From the human T2T-CHM13v2.0 reference genome, Homo sapiens: 64,000 nt of DNA. Below the pieces are notes generated by a model. It ran no database searches and was not told the DNA's origin. It worked only from the letters and a program-made list of their open reading frames with translations. Every line of letters begins with the position of its first letter. Positions within the stretch are counted from its first letter, which is position 1. The position numbers and the translations under genes are program-made. Location: NCBI RefSeq assembly GCF_009914755.1, contig NC_060931.1, one strand, 5' to 3'. Positions 57,801 through 64,000 of the stretch are shown in pieces.

Positions 57801-60800
57801 ACCCAATAGGTAGTTTTTCACTTACCTGCCTCCTCCCACCCTCCAGTTTAAAGCAGGCCCCAGTGCCTATTGTTTCCTTCTTCATGTCCATGTGTACTCA
57901 ATGTTTAGCTCCCACTTATACGTAAGAACATGTGGTATCTGGTTTTCTGTTCCTGTGTTAGTTCACTTAGGATAATGGCTTCCAGTTCCATTTATGTTGC
58001 TGCAAAGGACAAAATCTCATTCTTTTATATGACTGCATAGCATTCCATGGTGTACATGCACCACATATTTCGTATTCTTTCCACCATTGATGGGCATTTA
58101 CATTGATTCCACTTTTTGCTATTGTGAATAGTGCTGTGATGAAGATACATATGCATATGACTTTACTTATCTGGGTCTTCTCTCTTTCTTTCTCAGTCAG
58201 GTTAAAGTTTTGTCAATTTTGTGTATCTTTTCAGAAAGCCAACTTTTTGTTTCATCAATTTTTGTATTGTTTTCTTAAGTTCAATTTCATTTATTTCTGC
58301 TCTGTTCTTTATTATTTCTTTTTTCTACTAATTTTGGGTTTGGTTTGGTCTTGCTTTCCTAGGTCTCTAAAATGCATCATTAGGTTGTTTATTTGAAGTT
58401 TTTCTACTTTTTTAATGTAAGCACTCACAGCTATAACTTTCCTCTTATTACTGGTTTTATCATATCCCAGAGGTTTTGGTATGTTATGTTTTCATTATCA
58501 TTTGTTTTAAATGTTTTTAATTCCTTTTTAATTTATTGACCGCACTGGTCATTCCAGAGCATATCATTTAATTTCCATTTGTTTGTACAGTTTCCAAAAT
58601 TCCTGTTATTAATTTTTAGTTTTATTCCATTGTGGCTAGAGAAGATACTTGATATAATCTCAATTTGTTTACATTTTTAAGGCTTGTTTTATGACCTAAC
58701 CTATATTCTATCCTTGAGAATAGTCCATGGGCTCCAAAGAATTTGTATTCTGCAGCCATTGGATGAAATGTTCTGTAGAGATCTATTAAGTCCATTAGGT
58801 CTATAATGAAAATTAAGTCTGATGTTTCTTTGTTGATCTTCTATCTGGGAGGTCTGTTCAATGCTGTACGTGGGGTATTGAAGTCTGCAACCATTATTGT
58901 ATTTTGATCTATCTCTTTCTTTAGCTCTAATAATATTTGTTTATGTAACTGGGTGTTCCAGTGTTGGGTGCATATGTATTTCAAATTGTTTTATTTCTTG
59001 TTGAATTGTTCATCTTTAGTGACCCTTTTTTCTCTTTTTATAATTGTTGTCTTGAAATCTATTTTTTCTTATGTGAGTATAGCTACTTCTGCTCTTTTTT
59101 GGTCTCCATTGGCATAAAATATATTTTTCCATCCCTTTATTTTCAGTATATGTTTGTCTTTACAAATGAAGTTTTTTTTTTTTTACTAGGCAACAGATAA
59201 CTGGGTCTTTTTTTCTTTCCTTTTCATTTTTCATTCAGCCACTCTATGTCTCTTTGGAATGGAGAGGTTAGTCTCTTTACATTCAATAATATTATTGAGA
59301 AGTAAGAACTTATCAATAATAAGTAATGGACTCTTGTCATTTGTTGTTTTCTGATTGTTTTGTAGTCTTTTATTTCTTTTCCTTTTTTTCTTTCTTCCTT
59401 TTAGTAAAGCTGATTTTCAGTGGTAGTATGTTTTAATGCCTTGCTTTTTATATTTTTTTGTATCTGTTCTATGATTTTTAATTCAGGTTACCATGAGGCT
59501 TGCAAATAATATCTTATAACCCATTATTTTAAGCTGATGACAAGTTATCACTAATTTCATAAACAAACAAGCAAATAGTAAACTAATAGAAACTCTACAT
59601 TTTAACATGGTCTCCCTGCTTTTTAACTTTTTATTTTTTCTATTTATATCTTATTGTACTGTCCATGTCTTGAAAAGTTGTTGTAGTTATTATTTTGGTT
59701 GGTTCACCTTTTAGTCTCTCTCCTCAATATATGAGTAATTTACACACCAAAATTATGATATTTTAATATTCCGTTTTTCTATTTATTTACTATTGCCAGT
59801 AAGTTTTATATCTTCAGGTGATTTCTTCTAATAATTTTTTTTCTTTCAGATTAAAGAACATCCTTTAGCATTTCTCTCAGGAAAGGTCTGGTGTTGATAA
59901 AATGCCTCAGGTTTTTTGTTTTGTTTTTTGTTTTTTTGTTTTTGTCTGGAAAAGTATTTCTCTTTCCTGTTTGAAGGATATTTTTGCTGGATACACTATT
60001 GTAGGATACAAGTTGTTTGTTTGTGTGTTTGTTTTTTTCTTCTACTCTTTAAATATGTTATGTCACTCTCTCCTAGCCTGTAAGTATTTCACCGAGAAGT
60101 TTGCTGCCAAACATGTTGGAACTTCACTGTATCTTATGTTTCTTTTTTCTTGCTGCTTTTAGAATCATTTGTTTATCCTTGACTTTTTGAAGTTTGAGTA
60201 TCAAATGTCTTCAGTTAGTCTTCTTTGGACAAAATATGTTTGGTATTTCATAACCTTCTTATAATTGAATATTAGTATGTTTCTCCAGGTTTGGGAAGTT
60301 CTTCTTTATTATCTCTTTGAATAAACTTTCTACCTCTATCTCATTCTCTACCACCCCTTTAAGGCCAATAACTCTTAGATTTGCTTTTTTGAGGCTTTTT
60401 TCTAAATTTTGTAGGCATGCTTCTTTTTTAAAATTATTTTTCTTTTGTCTCTTTGTATTTTTAAAAGCCTATCTTCAAGCTGAGTAATCCTGTCTTCTGC
60501 TTAATTCTTCTGTTAAGAGAATTTGATGTATTCTTCAGTATGTCATTGCATTTTTCTTCTCCAGAATTTCTGCTTGATTCTTTTCAATTATTTTAAGCTC
60601 TTTGTTAAATTTATTGAATAGAATTCTGAATCCCTTCTATGTATTGTTCCAAATTTCATTGAGTTTCCTCAAAACAGCTGCTTTAAATTTTGTGTGTGAA
60701 AGGTCACATATCTCTGACACTTCATGATTAGTTACTTGTGTCCTGATGCTTGTGGATGTTCTTTGGTGTCTGCACATTAAATAGTCCGGTCTTTATTGAA

Positions 60801-62832
60801 GTCTTCAAAGTCTAGTCTTGTTTGTATCCACCCTTCTTGGGAATGATTTCAATGCATTTGAAGGGACTTGGATGATGTGATCTAAGTCTTTGGTCATTGT
60901 GCCATATCTGCATTAAAAGGTACCCGAAGTCCGATAATGCTGTGGCTCTTGCAGACTTATGTCTTTGTGGTCTTGAATAAGATCCAGAAGAATTCTCTGG
61001 ATTACCAGGCAGATACTCTTGTTGTATTTCTTCTTTTTTTTTCCTCCCAAACAAATGGAGTCTTTATTTCTGTGCTGAGTTGCCTGAAGCTTGGGGATAT
61101 GTGACATAAGCACACTTTGGCCACCACCGTGTATGCACTGGGTCAGACCTGATGCTAGCACAGTATTGCATCTCATCCAAGGCCTGTGGTAACTACTACT
61201 TCACTACCACATATGTTCATTCAAGGCCCTAGGGGACTACAATTAGCAGGTGGTGAAGCCAGCCAGGCTTGTGTCCTTCCCTTCAGAGTGGTGAGATCCT
61301 CCCAATCCCATGTGAGTCCCGAGATGCCATCTTGGAGCAAAGGCCTATAGTCAACTTTAGGGATCTACCTGGTACTCTATTCTTCTGCTACTGAGCTGGC
61401 ACCTAAGCCACAAGGCAAAGACCTTCCCACTCTTGCCTCCCCTTTCTGCAACCAAAGTTGTCTCTCCCCATGGCCACCATCAAACTAGGCCAGGAGTCAG
61501 TACTGCCTGGCTACTGTCAATGTTTATTTGAGGCCCAAGGGCTCTCCAGTCAGACTGTGGTGAATGCCACCAGGCCTAAGACTCTCCCTTCAGGGAAGCG
61601 GGCTCCCCTGTCACCCAGAGAAGGTCCAGAAAAGCCATCCCAAAGCCAAGTCCTTGAACTGGGGACCTCAAGAATCTGCTTGATGCTCTACCCCACTGTG
61701 GCTAACCTAGTACTTAAGCTGCAAGACAAAGACCCCTTTACACTCCTGTATCCTTTACTCAAGCAGAAGGAGTCACTCCCCACAGCCTCCACAGCCTAGA
61801 ATGCACTGGGTCACACCTGAATCCAGCATGTCCCCAAGTCTCACCCAGGGCCCATGATGAGTGCTGCCTGGGCACCACTTCTGATTATTCAGGGTCCAAG
61901 CGCTCTTTAGTCAGCAGGATTTAGACCCAATTATCCCAAGACTGGGTTCTTCCCTTTAATGCAGCAGATTCCCTTCTAGTCCAGGGTGTGTCTAGAATTG
62001 TTGTCTGGAGGCTAAAGTCTGGAATGGGGACCTTAGGACTCTGCCTGGTGTTCTATACCACTGTGGCTGAGTTGGTATCCAAGTTTCAAGAAAAGAGTCC
62101 TTTTTACTCTTCCTTCCTCTCTCCTCAAGCAGAAGGAAGGAGTCTCTCCTGAAGCTGCAAGCTGTGATGCCTCAGGTTGAGGGATGGCTGGTGCAAGCAC
62201 TCCCTTGGCTGCCACAGCTGTGTCTCATTGGGTTGCATGCCTCCCTGCCTCCCAAGTCCACTGGCTCTGAACACAGCATAGCACCAGTGCTTTCCCAGGA
62301 ATGGCAGTTCTTGAGGCCTAGACTGCCTTTCAAGTTTATTTAGAACACCAGAACACTTTAGCCTACAGTGGAAAGACTTGCCAAAACTCAGGTTCTGACT
62401 GCTGGGATGGGCAACTCCCCTCTGGCGAGGGCTGTTCTAAATATCCCCACTGTAGGAACCAGATGAGTTCTTCTCAATGTTGCTTTCTGCTGCTATAGGT
62501 CAGCATGGAATTCCAATGCAAAGTCCCACAATCACTACACTCTCCCTTCCTCAAGCACACAGATTCTCTCTCTGTGCCATGTGGCCACTGCTGAGGGATG
62601 GGGAAGGAGTTGCATCAGCAATTCAAGACTATCTTTTCTACCCTTTTCAGTGTCTCTCTCAGTTAAATGAAGTTAAAACCAGGTGCTGTGATAACTCACC
62701 TGATTTTTTGGTCCTTATGAACCTAAATATTTTTTGATTTTTTGTGTGGATAGTTGTTCAATTTGGTGTTTCTTCAAGGAGGACAGTTGGTGGAAGCTTC
62801 TATTCAGCCTTCATGCTCTGACTCCTCTCCCT
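54854..62832 (-). mobile_element. Near full-length L1MA3-type LINE-1, inactivated
   Basis: 5' end on the minus strand GAAGGCTGAATAGAAGCTTCCACC; L1MA 3'UTR at 54.86-55.3 kb; TSD ATTTAAACCATTTT (54840) / ATTTTAACCATTTT (62833). Confidence 0.93.
57660..58156 (-). mobile_element. L1PA15/16-like 3' end nested in the L1MA
   Basis: TTAGGTTCAGGGGTACATGTG...GTACAGATTATTTCATC. Confidence 0.88.
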
Positions 62833-64000
62833 ATTTTAACCATTTTTACTGTACTTTCAATGGCATTAAGTACATGCACATAGTTTTACAACAATCATCA
62901 CCATCCATCTCTATAATTCTTTTCATCATGAAAAACTTAAATTCCTTTCTCATTAAACAATAACCCCCTATTCTCACTCCCTCAGCCCCTGTAAGAAATT
63001 ATTCTAAATTCTGTAGATTTAGTCTATGAATTTGACTATTCTAGGTATCTTGTATAAGTGTAATCATGCTATATATCAACCTTGTGTCTGGCTTATTCAC
63101 TTAGCCTATTGTCTTCAAGATTCGTCCACACTGTAGTATGTTTCAGAATTTTCTTCCTTTTTTTAAGGCTGAATAATGTTTCTTTGTATATATTTTGTTT
63201 ATCTACTCATCTGAAGGTAGAAACTTAGATTGCTTCCACATTTTACCTATTGCAAATAGTACTGCTATGAATTTGAGTATACAAAGGCTATGGACTGACT
63301 TGTTTACCCACAAAATGTGTATTTTGAAACTTTAACCTTCAATGTGACAGTATTTGGAGACAGTGTTTTTAGGATATAATTATGATTCAATAAGATCAAA
63401 AGGATGGGGTCTTTATCTGATAGGACTTTTGGCCTTGGAAGAGAAAGAGATTAAATGATTTTTGTCTTTCAATGCACAAAGGAAAAGACATCTGAACACA
63501 CAGGGAGAATGCAGCAGTGTGCAAGCAAGGAAGAGAGACATCACCAGGAATGAAACTGGCTAACACTTTAATCTTGGACTTACCAGCCTCTAGAACTATG
63601 AGAAATAAATTGCTGTTGGTTTAACCCACCCAGTCTATGGTATTTCATTATGGCAGCTGTACAGGACTAACATAAGAAAATCTGTTCAAATTATTGTTTT
63701 TAATTTTTTTAGTAGACACCCAAAAGTGGAATTGCTAGATCATATTACAATTCTATTTTTAATTTTTTGAGGAAGGGCCATGCTGTCATTCATAGCAGCT
63801 GTACTATTTGCATTTTTACAAGCAGTGAACAAGGATTTCAATTTCTCCACATCCTGGCCAATACTCTGTGCTGTTTTGCTTTATTGCTTACTTGTCTTTT
63901 ATAATAACCATCTTAATGTGTATAAAGTGGTATCTCTTTATGGTTTTGATTTGCTTTTCATAATGATCAGTTACGTTGATGATTTTTTTTTTATTTTTTG
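62833..64000 (-). mobile_element. L1MB-type 3' region, runs off the window
   Basis: TGGCATTAAGTACATGCACA...TATGAATTTGACTATTCTAGGTATCT. Confidence 0.85.
63286..63674 (+). mobile_element. MLT1A-like solo LTR
   Basis: GCTATGGACTGA...AATGTGACAGTATTTGGAGA...CCCAGTCTATGGTATT...CTAACATA. Confidence 0.88.

Overview
AT-rich primate (probably human, at least catarrhine) genomic DNA made mostly of interspersed repeats, with no protein-coding gene I can support. The recognisable ORFs in the track are L1 ORF2, Alu, Tigger1-transposase, MaLR, LTR12 or ERV-L remnants; the rest look like chance frames. The window holds a full-length Tigger1, two near full-length L1MA2/3-type elements in tail-to-tail orientation, L1PB-, L1PA-, L1MB- and L1MC-type pieces, seven Alus, several MaLR LTRs, a solo LTR12, an LTR16/ERV-L fragment and small DNA-transposon MITEs. 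Subfamily names come from recalled consensus sequences, not from a search. Four structural signals stand out. (1) An apparent ancient ~10 kb inversion between two opposed Tigger1 copies, shown by one MLT1A-type LTR split into opposite-strand halves 12.3 kb apart. (2) A very old CR1-like LINE reverse-transcriptase fossil in otherwise unique sequence at ~34.1-34.7 kb. (3) A polyadenylated, TSD-flanked retrocopy of an ERV1 LTR transcript end. (4) Several repair or template-switch scars inside L1 and MaLR elements. I found no evidence of a new coding system.
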